Source: Paraspadella gotoi
Lineage: Eukaryota > Animalia > Chaetognatha
DNA length: 64,000 bases
Direction of reading: 5' to 3'
Assembly (NCBI GenBank): GCA_051294375.1
Contig: CM119268.1
Coordinates: 3,437,856 to 3,501,855 of the forward strand
Each line of letters starts with the position of its first letter. The stretch's first letter is position 1. The notes under the pieces are model-generated. The model worked only from the letters and a program-made list of their open reading frames with translations. It was not told where the DNA came from and did no database searches. The translations under genes were made by a program, and so were the position numbers. Shown here piece by piece: positions 1 through 12,886 of this stretch.

Positions 1-191
1 CCACGGTGAGAGGGACTGTGGGGATTTTTTTTAAAAAAAAGTGCGATAGAAAAGAACTGTGTCAAGCCTCTAGTGGCTTGGTGAACCTGGACAATGCGCG
101 CAATAGGTTTAATTGAATTAAAAAATTTGAGCAAACAATGTCGGATCTGCCCACGATCATTAGCAGTAATTAATTGATTAATTAAGAAGAG

Positions 192-251
192 AAACAGAAA
201 GAGATAGAGAGAAAGAGTGTGAGAGAAGAGAGAGAAAGAGAGAGAGAGAGA

Positions 252-300
<49 letters not shown>
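192..300. repeat. (GA)n microsatellite
   Basis: Visible imperfect GA run; many similar runs occur throughout the window and often border N gaps. Confidence 0.9.
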
Positions 301-304
<4 letters not shown>

Positions 305-581
305 CGACTGACTATGACTCACTCTTTTTTTTTTGGCATAATTTATCATAATTCTATGTTCTGACATGATTTAAGTGAATGACCGACAATATTGAGGGGG
401 CGGACCGATGGACCGACGAAATGGATTATAGAGTCGGGATCTGCTGATAAAATTCATTTGAATATACTAGATATAGAAATGAATGAGATTTTAAGTTGAC
501 GGTTCTAGGGATTCTTCAAAATTTAAAATCAAAACTAACCTAATTGAGGTATGAGGGAAGGAGAGGAGTGGTAAGAATTGG

Positions 582-654
582 AGTGAGTGAGTGAGTGAGT
601 GAGTGAGTGAGTGAGTGAGTGAGTGAGTGAGTGAGTGAGCGAGTGAGCGAGTGA
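582..654. repeat. (GAGT)n tetranucleotide microsatellite
   Basis: Visible gagtgagtgagt run. Confidence 0.9.
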
Positions 655-989
655 GAACTTACTAGTGAATTCATGGAGTAAATAGTTGAGGTGTGACGCA
701 TTCCGAGTGACGGGAAAAGCGTGATAGTTTTTTGCAGTGAACAAAGTCAAGAACAAAAAAAAAAGAGAAATACGACATCGACTGAAGCCGCGTTAAAATC
801 GCGTGAACGAAAAGTTTAGTAGCAATAAGAAGAACAAGATAATTGATGGAGCGAATAATAATAATAATAATTAGAGCAAGATAATTGATGGAGCGAATTG
901 TTCAGGAGAGACGAGAAATGGAGCGAGAGAAAAAGATTTCAGTCGCCGCTAATGATAAAAGAAAATTCGGTTTTAATCCGTCGGGAGTT

Positions 990-1028
<39 letters not shown>

Positions 1029-1103
1029 CTTGGAGGCCGAACTCGGAGTAATTAGGAACAGACCCGTGGACGACGTCGTCGTCGTCGTCGTCGTCGTCGT
1101 CGT
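990..1103. repeat. two (GTC)n trinucleotide tracts
   Basis: gtcgtcgtc runs at about 990-1028 and 1075-1103. Confidence 0.85.
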
Positions 1104-2846
1104 TCGTGTTCTACTTGTCTCTGTTTTGTCTCGCGTCTCCTTTGACAGGTTTTCTGGATGTGGGCCTTTTGCCAAATTAGGAGAAATTCGGTTCCATTTC
1201 GGAGGCTGAATATTTTATTCAATTCTCGAGATTTTTCTAAAGGTGCTTGGTCCGTCTCTCACTCTCACCCCTTCTTTGACTTAATCGCGAGTTCTCTCTG
1301 AGATACTCCTCTATCTATCTATCTGTCTATCATCCGGTTTGTCTGTCTGTCATTCAGTCTGTCTGCCATTTTCTCTCTCTTTTTTTTTTCTTTCTTTCTT
1401 TCTTTCTTTCTAAGAAAGGAAAGAAAGAAAGCGGAGGAAAGATTTTAAATTGGGCAGGGAAGTTAGAGAAGGAAAAGAGAAAAAAGACGAAAAATTAATT
1501 CAAAGGATTAAAGGGGGAAAAGGGGAGAGGGGCAAAAAAGGAAAAATGAAGAAAAAGGGAACAGAAAAACGGAACAGGAAAGATTTGATAAAAATGAGGA
1601 AAAAACGAAAAAAACGATGAAGAGAAAAAGAAGCAGAGAGAGAGAGAGAAGAATTTCCCAATGAGAAGCAGAGGATAGTGACGAAGCGAGGGACGAGAAA
1701 GAATCCCGAAAGTTGAGAAAATCTGAGGAGAGAGGGCGAGAGAAAACGGGCGAGGGAGAGTTAAGAGCGAAACACTTAGTTTTAAAACTGACTGCGTCGC
1801 GCGGAATTTGTTCCTTTTTTGGGAAGTCCGGTGACGACCGGACACGAGTGAGAAAAGCAGAGAGAGAGAGAGAGAGAGAGAGATGAGGAGAGAGGAGAGA
1901 GAGAGAGCGGGAGAAGAGAGACGAAGAAAGAGCGAGACGAGAGAGGAGAGAGCTTTTTAAGTTCTTTTATTTGCCAGCAGAAGTAGAAATTCAGCAGGGA
2001 GATCTTTCTTTCCATTCTCGAAAGGAGAGTTTCTTTAAATCTTTGTTTGCCTGAAGGGGACAGAGAGAGAGGATGAGAGAGAGAGAGGACGAGACGAGAT
2101 GGAAGGAGAGACCGATGGAGAGAGAGGAGAGAGAGGAGGACGAGAGAGATGACGAGAGGGGAGAATCGAGAGAGTGAGAGAGAGAAGATGTTGCGTCGTT
2201 TTTGGCCTCAAGTCGTCACTACTTCTTAATTTCTTTCCTCTTTCGCTCATCCACTCCTCCCCTCCTTCCTCTCTCCTCCCACCTTATCCTTTCCTTCCAC
2301 AAAACTTTCTCCCCCTCCCTCCACCCTCCTCTTTTCTTCGGCTCCTCTCCCACTCCCTCTCCTCCTCCTCTCTCTCTCCCCCCTCTCTCCCCCTCTCGGT
2401 TTCCCTTCGGCCGACGACCTTTAAACAACCTCCCTCGTAAACAACTGGCTCGTGTTAAAGTCTTTTGTTTCTTGCGGATATTTTTTTTCGCCTCGCCGCT
2501 AGCAGGCGCGCGCGGTTCTTTGGCGGAACTTATATCCCCGTGCGTGAGAGAAAATAAGGAAGCAGAAGAAACAGAAGAAGACAAACAAAAAAGACGTTTA
2601 TTAAAACAATAAGTAAACAAAAGAAATTAAAAAAAAAAAAAGAAACGAAATTACGGAGGTGAGAGAAAATAATTAAAAAGGCGAAACAAAAGGGAAAGCG
2701 GGAACACGAGTTTTTGCCTGGAATCGTTGTTTGTTTGAAATTGAGGAGAGATTTGAGAGGGAGGAGAGGAGAGAGAGAGCCGAGATGATGAGAGAGCCTG
2801 GAGTAGAGAGAGAGGAGAGAGAGAGAGAGAGAGGAGACCGAGCTGG

Positions 2847-2880
<34 letters not shown>

Positions 2881-5800
2881 GGGAGAAAGCGAGAAAATAA
2901 GGAAGAGAAAGTAAAACATATGAGAAGATGAGAAAAGTTATAAAGAGTTAACGGTGATAGATTATTATAATTTATAATTATAATTATAACAATATTTATT
3001 ATACATTATTTATAATAATTTATAAATAATAAAAGTACGAGGAGAAAGTTTTAAAAACAATATAGAGAAAAGAAGGAAGGAAAGAAAGTAGCGACCATTG
3101 TCACCATTTTTTTTAAAAGAGGGGGGACAGAAGCGATTGTCGAGTGCGGTTGAGTTCGTCAGGGGCGGGGGAGAATTGAAAAAAAAGGCGGGGGCGGGGG
3201 GAATCATTGGCGCGCAAATACCGCGACGGAGATCTGGGTTCGTGGTCCACAACAGGGTAGAATTTTTGGGGGTCAGGAAAAGAAAAAGGGTCGAGAAATT
3301 AAAAAAAAAGTGTTAAAAATCATAAACATATAAAACTCAACGTAAACTTAAATCGAAAAATGAAAGAAAAAAAGTTTTACAATTCATATTCGGCGAAGAT
3401 TAAAAAAGCAATTAAAAATGTTAAGTGGCGACCGTCCTTCGTCCATAAAAACATTTAAACGGCTTCGCCGACCTCAGGTTTTCTGTCTCGAGATGTTAAA
3501 TTTATTTCGCACCACGGCCCTCAATGGGCCCACGCAGGGGCGAGGGTCGGCCGTGGGCTTGCGGGGTGAATGCAGGGTGGGAAATGGGTCGGGGTCGTGG
3601 AGGGCGGACGAAGCAAGGTAAGTCTCACCGTGTGGCGTTTCAGGAAAAGGTCGAGCTCGGGAGAAAATAAGAAAAAAAAAAAAGTTAGTTTTCTTCTCAC
3701 CGATTATATTTAACGGCGCTCGCGACCCTTGGGTAAGGGGTGGAACGCCTTCAAACTACCGGAGGATGCAGACTCACCTTTTTCTGTTTGCAGACGGATA
3801 CGGATTTTTTTGTTGCAAAATTTTGTTGCGGATAAAAATCGACTTTGGTCGCGGATGATGAAAACGGAATTTTTATTTTCAAACTTTACCAACATATGGA
3901 AAGGAGTATTCTCTTTTGGCTAGCCAAGCGGAAACTCAGCTTGGTCGCTTTCATGGAAGTGTTTTTTAAATTTTTTTATTTTTTTTTTATAGAGAAATCA
4001 CGAATTTAGGCTCACTTACCAGAGTTGAGCCGTAGCTTTTGTTTGCTAAAATATTATTTATAGGGCAGCCAGCTGTTCTTCTCACCCAAATATATTTTGA
4101 ACGAAGGTTTTAATAAATAAAATCCAGAGACAAAAATGATTCAACTTACGCAAGCTTTAGATCAACTTGAACAAGGTGAAGCCAGCAGATGAGTCCTAAC
4201 TAACCATTGCTCACCCAACCACATCGACCCATCAGCAATCAACAATCAGCACTGATTTTGGCAAGAGTGAACTGTTAGGGCATAGGCGTTACGAGCCCGC
4301 CCATAAAGAGGAACGGAGGAGCGTCCGCCGCACGACGGCCCCGATGCCTGGCTGGCTATTGTACGGGGATTAAGGGATGAGGGTAAAGGGGGCCGAAATG
4401 TAAGGTTGAGGTCGGGAGGATTGCGGGTAAGGGTAAGGTAAAGGAAGGAAAGGAGGCGCATTGAGGGCGGGAGGAAAAGGGCGGCGGAGTAGTAATAGGT
4501 TAGAGGAAGAGAGAGAAGAAGAGCGAGAGAGAGAGAAGAGAGACGAGAGAGAGAGAGGAAGAGAGGAGAGAAGAGAAGAGATGAGAAGATGAGAGAGAGA
4601 AGAGCCGCGAGAGAGAGAGAGAGAGAAAGAAAGAGAGTCTTAGAATCTATAGCCGCACGCCACTTCGCGCGTATTTTAAAACATTCATGTTATTTCGCGC
4701 TTTTTATATTAATATAGAGTAAAACAAATCCTTGAACTCTAACACTAATGAATTTTATAAAAAAAATACAAACCATAAACGGAAAATTAAAAATTTCGAC
4801 GACAGCACGAAAAATATAGTCGACCACGATTAAGTTAGAATAATAAATATGACGCCATTTGTTTACAATTCCAATTGATTATGATAGACAAAACTCAAAC
4901 ACCACAAATATGAAAATATCTAGAAAATATATTTAAACATAAAAAAAAAAGGGACGTTTATTAGTTTAAAAATCGATTATGTCTACACAATGAAACCGAA
5001 CACCAAAGTAAAAACGCAAAATGAAAGTCAAAATTAACATTCTATCTGATGATTATTATTGTACAGTTGTAAAGATGAATAATTCAAGTGGATAACCGTA
5101 GAAAAAAACAAACATTTAAGGGAATTATGTTTAAAACGATAAAAAAACATATTTAAATTTTTCACGGCCGAGCGCTTTAAGATATATAAAACCGTTTCAT
5201 ACCTTATATTTATTTCCGTATTATTAATTATTTATACGCGTTTGGCAAAAGCGTTTTGGCGAACGGTTCATACCAAAACTCTTTAAGGTAAAAGTGAAAA
5301 AACAAGGAATGAGAGAGAAAAAACGAAACTGACCTGCACGGTATGAAGGAATTCCTTCAACCCTCGTGAGAGCGCCGCAGTGAAAAATGTGTGCGCCTGG
5401 TCGCCGGCGTAGGCAGATGTGAGGAGAGGTGGAGAGGAGGAAGAATGGAGAAAAAATTGGCGTGTTGTTTGTGGATTGACGTGAGGATTACAAAGCCGGG
5501 ATTCATCCAGTTCCACGATTTCTATAACGAGGGTGAGCGTGGGTGGGGTTGGGAGGGTTAGAGGGGGGTGAGTTTCGGAGGATCGGAGGAAAGAAAGGGA
5601 GGAAGAGGAAAGGAGGGAAAACAAAAGAGAAAGGAACAAAACGTCACCAATAAAAAGAAGATGAAGTAAAGAGAAAGAAAACCAACGAAATGGAAAGATC
5701 AGAAAAGGGAAATGAAAAAATAATCAAAAAAAGTTCATTAAAGAAAAGTCAAAAAAAAAAATTCAAAGATTAATAAAAAGTTAGCAGAAATTCCGTCCCA

Positions 5801-7956
5801 TGGACCGCGATCTTGCAATACAGAAAATCAAAAGTAATAAACGACTAAAGTAACATGATGTGAGAAAAAGTACGAAACATTATTATATTCACCATCACCT
5901 GGGGTAAAGCCAAAAAATTGTAATACTTACGGTTGGGGCGATATATTAGCAATTACTCGTGTCAATGACAGCGAGTAAGTTTATTTTTAAGAAAAGAAAG
6001 AAACTACTCCATTTTTCTCTTTTTTTTTGCGCCAAATCTATCTTCACTAAATTGGCGCACTTATACGGTAAAATCTAACTCGCGTTTTCGACACGATATG
6101 TCCACGGTAGTAATGTTAACCCTCGATCACAAATTGTATGCGCGGCGACTAATTCCGCCACCTTTTCATACCCGCGCCCTGTAGTTCAGATCATATTTTA
6201 AAAAAAAATGCCCTTCGTACTATATTTTATAGAAATAAGTTAGTTTAAATAAGTTAAAGAATCACGCTTTGGGTCATAGAGGAACGAGGATTTTATTGAG
6301 GTTCCATTAAGGAATAAAGTTAAGGATTAGGGAGATATAGGGGAATAGGTGGATTATAATGTGAGCGATTCAGTAATAAAAAGGTTAAGGAATACGTTAC
6401 GTTTAAGAAGTCTGGGTTTGGGATTTAGTTTCTAGGCATTCGTGTGTATTAGCTGTCTTTAATAAAAAGCAGTTTAGGATGTTTCAAATAATTATGATAT
6501 TTTATTTCCGGATGGTTAGAATCACAGACACTTACGCACAGTCCAAGTTTGTTTACAGCGAGATTTATAATCTGCAGCGCCGTTTTTCTCATAACCACCG
6601 ATTCGTCAATGAAAAAAAAAATAATAAAAAAACCTAGGAGTAAAGATTTGACGCCATTTTGCATTTCCCTCGCGTTGACGCCAGATTGAGGTCGTGTGGC
6701 CGTTGACGCCACGCGCCGCCACGAAACTGCGGCGCCGTGGACGCGTGGGCGCCGGACCCGTGGGCAAGGACCGGCGTCGTGACGGACCGCGCGAGGTGCC
6801 CGCCGCCTGGCCAGATGCGTGCCCCCCGAAAGGATTTGGGTAGGGCGTGGCTTGCAGGGATTACTCTAATGCTGTGAACATCTTGGTCTCGCAAAAGGGG
6901 CGGATCTAGTGTTTTAGAGGGGAGGAGGAGAAGGGGGACTGAAATGAGAGGGAGAGAGGGGAGGAGGTTAGAGAGCGATACATGAAAAGAGAGATGAGAG
7001 ATCTGAGAGAGAGAGAGTAGAGCGAGAGGTTGACTTATTAATATTATGGATCTGGGTAATAACCAAGTTATCCAGCTATCCCTACCTCGCGAATGTCCAG
7101 CGCAATTTTTTTTAGAAAATATTATTATACCAATGCAAGGTGTGTTAAATTTAAAGGAATATTAAAAGGAAAAGTTTATTATAATATAGCAGTCTGGTTT
7201 AGAAGAAGCTAATAATATTGAAATTTAAATGCTTCAAAATAAACTAAAAGAAAAGCGAACGTAACAAATATTAGAACATCTTTTCCGTCATCATTCTTCC
7301 TTTTTCTCCCATCTTTTTCTCTCCTTGTTTTCTATTACCTTTGCTATCTATCGCTTGCCTCTCACCTATAAAAACTTTTCTCCGCACAACCTCAACATGC
7401 AAATTAGATAAAACAACTCGCGCCCTATCCGTCCACTACCAAGCCGAATTCCCTTTTGTTTTACCTGATATAGCAGGGCTCTTTCGTCGATTAGACAGCA
7501 GCTTCTCTTCGCGCCACAATAGAAGATGGCGGTGAGGAGCAAAAATAGGCGGGATGCCGGTGCTTCAGACACCACCAACGATGTTGAGAGCGCGTTCTTC
7601 GCCCTTCAGGCCTGAAGCGAATCGAAGAAAAAAGGGCGGTGGGCAATGGAATGTTAATTTAAATTATTTAAACAGGAAAAATACGTTTAATAAACTTTAT
7701 TAAGTAATGAACAAATTAATGGCAGAAGAGAGAAAGAACCTAAATGGTCGGAAGGAATGGGTGAAAGTAACGCAATGGAAAAAGTTTAAGGGTTTAGCAA
7801 TGAATGGGAAACTGGGTTCGTACGCCAGAATCTTCGGGTGTCGCACGCATGATGGCGAGTCGGACGGTTAATTTGAAATTGAGTTAAACGAAAAGTGAGG
7901 AAACTGGTTTTCTACGTCGATCGGCGATTCGCACGGTTTTTTCAATATTCACCAGT

Positions 7957-8229
7957 TATGGAACAGCCGGGTTGCCTTGACTGCGCCTATGCGGGATGGG
8001 GCATCTCACTGTTGGCTTTGGGGGCTTCGACCCTTCAAGTGACGCCTCGCAGTCAACTTGCGCGGGTTACCCTACGGACGTCCTCGCTTTGCCACGCATG
8101 AGGGAAGTTGCGGTTGGGACGTGTGGATGGAATCACTACGCCCTGGGATGGTGTCGTTTCCCCTCTGAGCGCAATAATTTGGCCTGAACGGATGGTGGAC
8201 GTTGAGGCGGTTGTGAATAAACCGCCACA
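7957..8229 (-). mobile_element. solo LTR of the twister-bearing element (mirror of 10090-10367)
   Basis: Matches the 37968-38219 LTR on the minus strand; termini TGTGGCGG...CCATA; flanked by CCAG at 7952-7955 and 8230-8233 (4-bp TSD CTGG, one extra base on one side). Confidence 0.75.
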
Positions 8230-8296
8230 CCAGAATTATTTAGGTAAGAGAGTTTAGTATTGTAATGTATTCATAGGCTACTATATCCGTAACTTC

Positions 8297-8500
8297 TATG
8301 TTCCCTCAGCAGCCATGGAACGGAGTCCTGGGTCTTGAAACCAGAGCTTGAGGGTTTTCCACGCCCCCAAGGCGGTTTACGGCCGTCCTCACGACGCTTC
8401 CCGCTGGCAGGTACCAGGGTTCATCCCAACCGGTGGGTCACACAACTGAAGTGTTATGGCTTTTAGGCGGGGGCGTGAACTTAGGCCAATGCCGACTACA
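8297..8500 (+). mobile_element. possible tRNA-derived SINE-like element (mirror at ~9826-10024)
   Basis: GC-rich island with a B-box-like GGTTCAATCCC (clearest in the mirror copy), a Ser(TGA)-like anticodon arm CTGG-CTTGAAAT-CCAG and a tRNA-Ser-like 3' end GCCGACTAC. Too long and degenerate for a tRNA gene. Confidence 0.3.
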
Positions 8501-9549
8501 TGTCTGTAGCAAAGTTTATTATATTTTTTACAAAATTATTATTTGTTGTTGTACCCTGCTTTATTTATAGTTAAGCTTTGATGCCGTCCCTCTCAATAAT
8601 TTAGGGTAGTATTGGCCATGATGGACGTATGGCGTATGCTCAGGGGTGTGAGCCCAAACCTTTTTCAAGGCTTAAGGATCTTCAGCAGTGGGCGGTGTGA
8701 GTTAAGCTAGCACCACGTTAGCTAACCAGCGTGACGCGCGATATGTATGTAACCCGTAATACTGTGGTCGTAAGCCAGTACTTAGCTTGTCCCAAGCCAA
8801 TGGGACCGTTCGCTATTTTGGGTCGCGAATTTAACCTTTCCCCACTGAGGTTATTTGTAAAGAAAAGGGAAAAAGGAGGATTTTGGAATTTAATAAGAAA
8901 GGGAAGAAAAAGAAAGAAAAAAAGGAGGAAAAATAAAGAAGGAAAGATAAGAAAAGACATATAAAAAAAGGAAAGAGAAAAAAAAGAAGGAGAAAATAGG
9001 AATCGTAGAAATAGTCGCTGGCAGCAACGAACAGTCCCGAATTCAGGGAAGGAAGCTGAGCGGAGAAAAGACATAAATCCCAATATGCGGAGCGATAAAC
9101 AACGCGTGAGAGAGAGAGGGGAAGAAGGGAAGGGAGAGAGAGAAGAGAGAGAAGATAGGGGAGAAAGAGGGGCAGGGAGAGGGGGAGAAAGAAGAGAGAG
9201 GGAGGAAGAGAGAGAAGAGAGAAAAGAGAAAGAAAGAANNNNNNNNNNNNNNNNNNNNNNNNNTGTTTATCGTTCCGCCATATTGGGATTTATGTCTTTC
9301 TCCGCTCAGCTCCTTCCCTGAATTCGGGACTGTTCGTTGCTGCCACCGACTATTTTCTACGATTCCTATTTTCTCTCTTTTTTTTTCTCTTTCCTTTTTT
9401 TTTATGTCTTTTCTTATCTTCCTTTTTTATTTTCCTCTTTTTTTTGCTTTCTTTTTCCCTTTTCTTTATTAAATCCAAATTCTCCTTTTCCCTTTTCCTT
9501 TACAAATAACCTCCAGTGGGGAAAGTTAAATTCGCCCCCAAAATAGCGC

Positions 9550-9625
9550 GGTCCCATTGGCTTGGACAGCTAAGTACTGGCTTACGACCCCATGAGTTCC
9601 GGGTTCAATCTATTCGCGGTCACGC
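9550..9625 (+). mobile_element. tRNA-related SINE head or tRNA pseudogene (mirror at ~8728-8807, minus)
   Basis: GGTCCCATTGGCTTGGACAGCTAAG (A-box-like)...GGCTTACGACC...CCGGGTTCAATC (B-box-like) at tRNA-like spacing; the acceptor stem does not close well. Confidence 0.35.
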
Positions 9626-10089
9626 TGGTTAAGCTAACTGGGTGCTAGCTTAAACACGCCACTGTAGATCTTAAGCCTTGAGGTTCTTCACACCCCGAGC
9701 ATCGCATACGTCCCATCATTGCCATACTACCCTAAATTATTGAGAGGGACGGCATCAAAGCTTAAACTATAAATAAACAGGTACAACAAATAATAATTTA
9801 AAAAATATATAAACTTTGTACAGACTGTAGTCGAGCATTGCCTAAGTTCACCCCCGCCTAAAAGCATAACACCTTCAGTTGTGACCACCGGGTTGGGATT
9901 GAACCCGGGTACCTGCCACGCGGGAAGCGGCGGAGGCGGCCGTAAACCGCCTTGGCGGGCGTGGAAAACCCTCAAGCTCTGGATTTCAAGCCAGGACTCC
10001 GTTCATGGCTGCTGAGGGACATAGAAGTTACGGATTAGTAGCCTATGATACATTACAATACTAAACTCTCTTACTTAAATAATTCTTGG

Positions 10090-10367
10090 TGTGGCGGTTT
10101 ATTTCACAAACCGCCTCAACGGTCCACCATCCGTCAGGCCAAATTATTGCGCTCAGAGGGGAGAACACACCATCCCAGGGCGTAGTGAATTTCCATCCAC
10201 ACAGTCCCTAACGCACTTCCCTCATGCGTTGGCAAAGCGAGGGACGTCCTAGGGTAACCGCGCCAGTTGACTGCGAGGCGTCACTTGAAGGGTCGAAGCC
10301 CCCAAAGCCAACAGTGAGATTGCCCCATCACCGCATAGGCGTCATCAGGCAACCCGGCTGTTCCATA
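10090..10367 (+). mobile_element. solo LTR of the twister-bearing element
   Basis: TGTGGCGGT...GGCAACCCGGCTGTTCCATA; aligns by eye end to end with 38452-38701; this copy is noisy. Confidence 0.75.
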
Positions 10368-11519
10368 CTGTGTGAATTTGAAAAACCGGCGAATCGCCGA
10401 TCGACGTATGAAAAACCGTTTCCTCCCACTTTCGGTTAACAATCAATTATCAAATTAACCGTCCGACCGCCAAATCACGCGTGCGACCCCGGAAGATTTG
10501 GATCGTACGAATCCCAGTTTCCCATTCATCGTAAACCCTTAAACTTATTTTCCATCGTTACTTTCACCCCCTTCCGACCATTTTAGTTTTTCTCTCCTTC
10601 GCCATTAATTGGTTAATTACTTAATAAAGTGTTATTAAAACGTATTATTTCCTGTTAAATAACTTAAATTTAACATTTCCTTGCCCCCGCCTGTTTTTTT
10701 TCGATTCGCTCAGGCCTACGAAGGGCGAAGAACGCCTTCTCTAAACATCGTTGGTGCGTTCTGAGCAACCGGCATCGCCGCCTAATTTTGGCTTCCTCAC
10801 CGCCATCTTCTATATGTGGGCGGAAGAGAAGCTGCTTCATAATCGACGAAAGAGCCCTCGCTTAATATCAGCGTAAACACAAAAGGGAATTCGGCTGGTA
10901 AGTGACGGATGGAGCGCGAGTTGTTTAATCTAATTTTGCATGTTGAGGTTGTGGCGGAGAAAGTTTTTTAAGGGAGAGGAAAGGATAGATAGAAGGATAG
11001 AAACAAGGAGGAGAAAAAGATGGAGAAAAAGGAAGAATGATGACGGAAAAGATGTTCTAATATTTGTTACGTTCGCTTTTTCTTTTAGTTTTTTGAAGCA
11101 TTAAAATTCAAATTATTAGCTTTTCTAAAACCAGCTGCTATATAAATAACTTTTCTTTTATATTCCTTTAAAATTAAANNNNNNNNNNNNNNNNNNNNNN
11201 NNNNNNNNNNNNNNNNNNNNNNNNNNNNNNNNNNNNNNNNNNNNNNNNNNNNNNNNNNNNNNNNNNNNNNNNNNNNNNNNNNNNNNNNNNNNNNNNNNNN
11301 NNNNNNNNNNNNNNNNNNNNNNNNNNNNNNNNNNNNNNNNNNNNNNNNNNNNNNNNNNNNNNNNNNNNNNNNNNNNNNNNNNNNNNNNNNNNNNNNNNNN
11401 NNNNNNNNNNNNNNNNNNNNNNNNNNNNNNNNNNNNNNNNNNNNNNNNNNNNNNNNNNNNNNNNNNNNNNNNNNNNNNNNNNNNNNNNNNNNNNNNNNNN
11501 NNNNNNNNNNNNNNNNNNN

Positions 11520-11721
11520 AGCCACGCCTACCCCAAATCCTTTCGGGGGGCGCCGCATCTGGGCCACGCGGGGCACCTCGGCGGCGCCACGACGCCGGGT
11601 CTTGCCCACGCCGGCGCCCACGGCGTCACGGCGCCGCAGTTCGTGGCGGCGCGTGGCGTCAACGGCCACGACCTCATCTGCGTCAAGGAGGAAATGCAAA
11701 ATGGCGTCAATCTTTACTCAG
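11520..11721 (+). CDS. putative coding exon (5' end in gap; mirror at ~6637-6905, minus), unknown protein
   Basis: GC-rich, ends ...EEMQNGVNLYS with a phase-1 donor CAG|GT that joins the 12717 exon in frame to give NLYSEIVELD; contains indels. Confidence 0.4.
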
Positions 11722-12716
11722 GTTTTTTATATTTTTTTTTTCATTGACGAATCGGTGGGTTATGAGAAAAACGGCGCTATTTTCCAAAAACGCTCTAAGT
11801 ATGTTGTAATTCCTCGAAATAAAATAACTCATAATTATTTAACCCTAAACTTGTTTATTAAATGCCTAATCCGATGCCTAACTTTAATCCCAAACCCTAA
11901 TTCTCAACGTTAACCTAATCCTTTAACCTTATACTGAATCGCTCACTTTATCCCCTAATCCCCTAATCCCCTAATCCTTAACTTTAATCCTTAATGGAAA
12001 CCTCAATAAAATCTCCGTTCCTCACACCCAAAGCGGAATCTTTAAACTTATTTAAACTAACTTAATTCTAAATATATAAGCGAGGGCATTTTTTTTTAAA
12101 TATGACTGAACGGGCGCGGGATGAAAAGGCGGCGGGGAATTAGTCGCCGCATACAATGTGATCGAGGGTTAACATTACCCGGACAGTATCGTGTCGAAAA
12201 CGCGGTTAGTTTTACGAATGAGTAAGTGCGCCAATTTAGTGAAGAGATTTGCGCAAAAAAAAAAGAAAAATGGGAGTTTCTCTAAAATAAACTCTACTCG
12301 GTCAATGACACGAGTAATGGTAATAATCGCCCCAACCGTAAGTATACAACTTTTTGGCTTACCCAGGTGATGGTGAATAAATAATGTTTCGTACTTTCTT
12401 CACATCATGTACTTAGTTCGTTTTACTTTTGATTTCTGTGATTGCAGAATCGGTCCATGACGGAATTTCTCACTTTTTTAATCTTGAATTTTTTTTTTTG
12501 ACTTTTCTTTAAAACTTTTTTGATTATTTTTCATTCCTTTTTCTGATCTTTCCTTACTTTGGTTTTCTTTCCTTACTTCATCTTCTTTTTTTTTGGTGAC
12601 GTTTTGTTCCTTCTTCTTTTGTTTCCTCCTTTCCTTTCCTCCTTTTCTTTCCTCCGATCCTCCGAAACTCACCCCCTCAACCCTCCCAACCCCACCCACG
12701 CCTCACCCTCGTATAG

Positions 12717-12886
12717 AAATCGTGGAACTGGATGATCCCGGTTTGAATCCTCACCTCAATCCACAACTCACCCGATTTTTCTCCTCTTCCTCCTCCTCCA
12801 CCTCTCCTCACTGCCACGCCCGCGACGCAGGCGCACATTTTCACTGCGGCGCTCACGAGGGTGAGGAATTCCTTCATCCGCTGCAG
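12717..12886 (+). CDS. putative coding exon (mirror at ~5334-5522, minus), unknown protein
   Basis: Pyrimidine tract plus TAG acceptor, EIVELD...EEFLHxxQ, donor CAG|GTCAGT. It may belong to the gene ending at 21164, but the link is unproven. Confidence 0.45.

Noticed and set aside
182-3621. Many short Ser-Leu or Glu-Arg ORFs
   Set aside because: Translations of (GA)n/(CT)n microsatellites with no splice or homology support.
8757-8790. TAA...GGTCGTAAGCC looks like a twister loop 4
   Set aside because: No P2/T1 partner, not preserved in the mirror copy, and better explained as the reverse strand of a tRNA-like anticodon arm.
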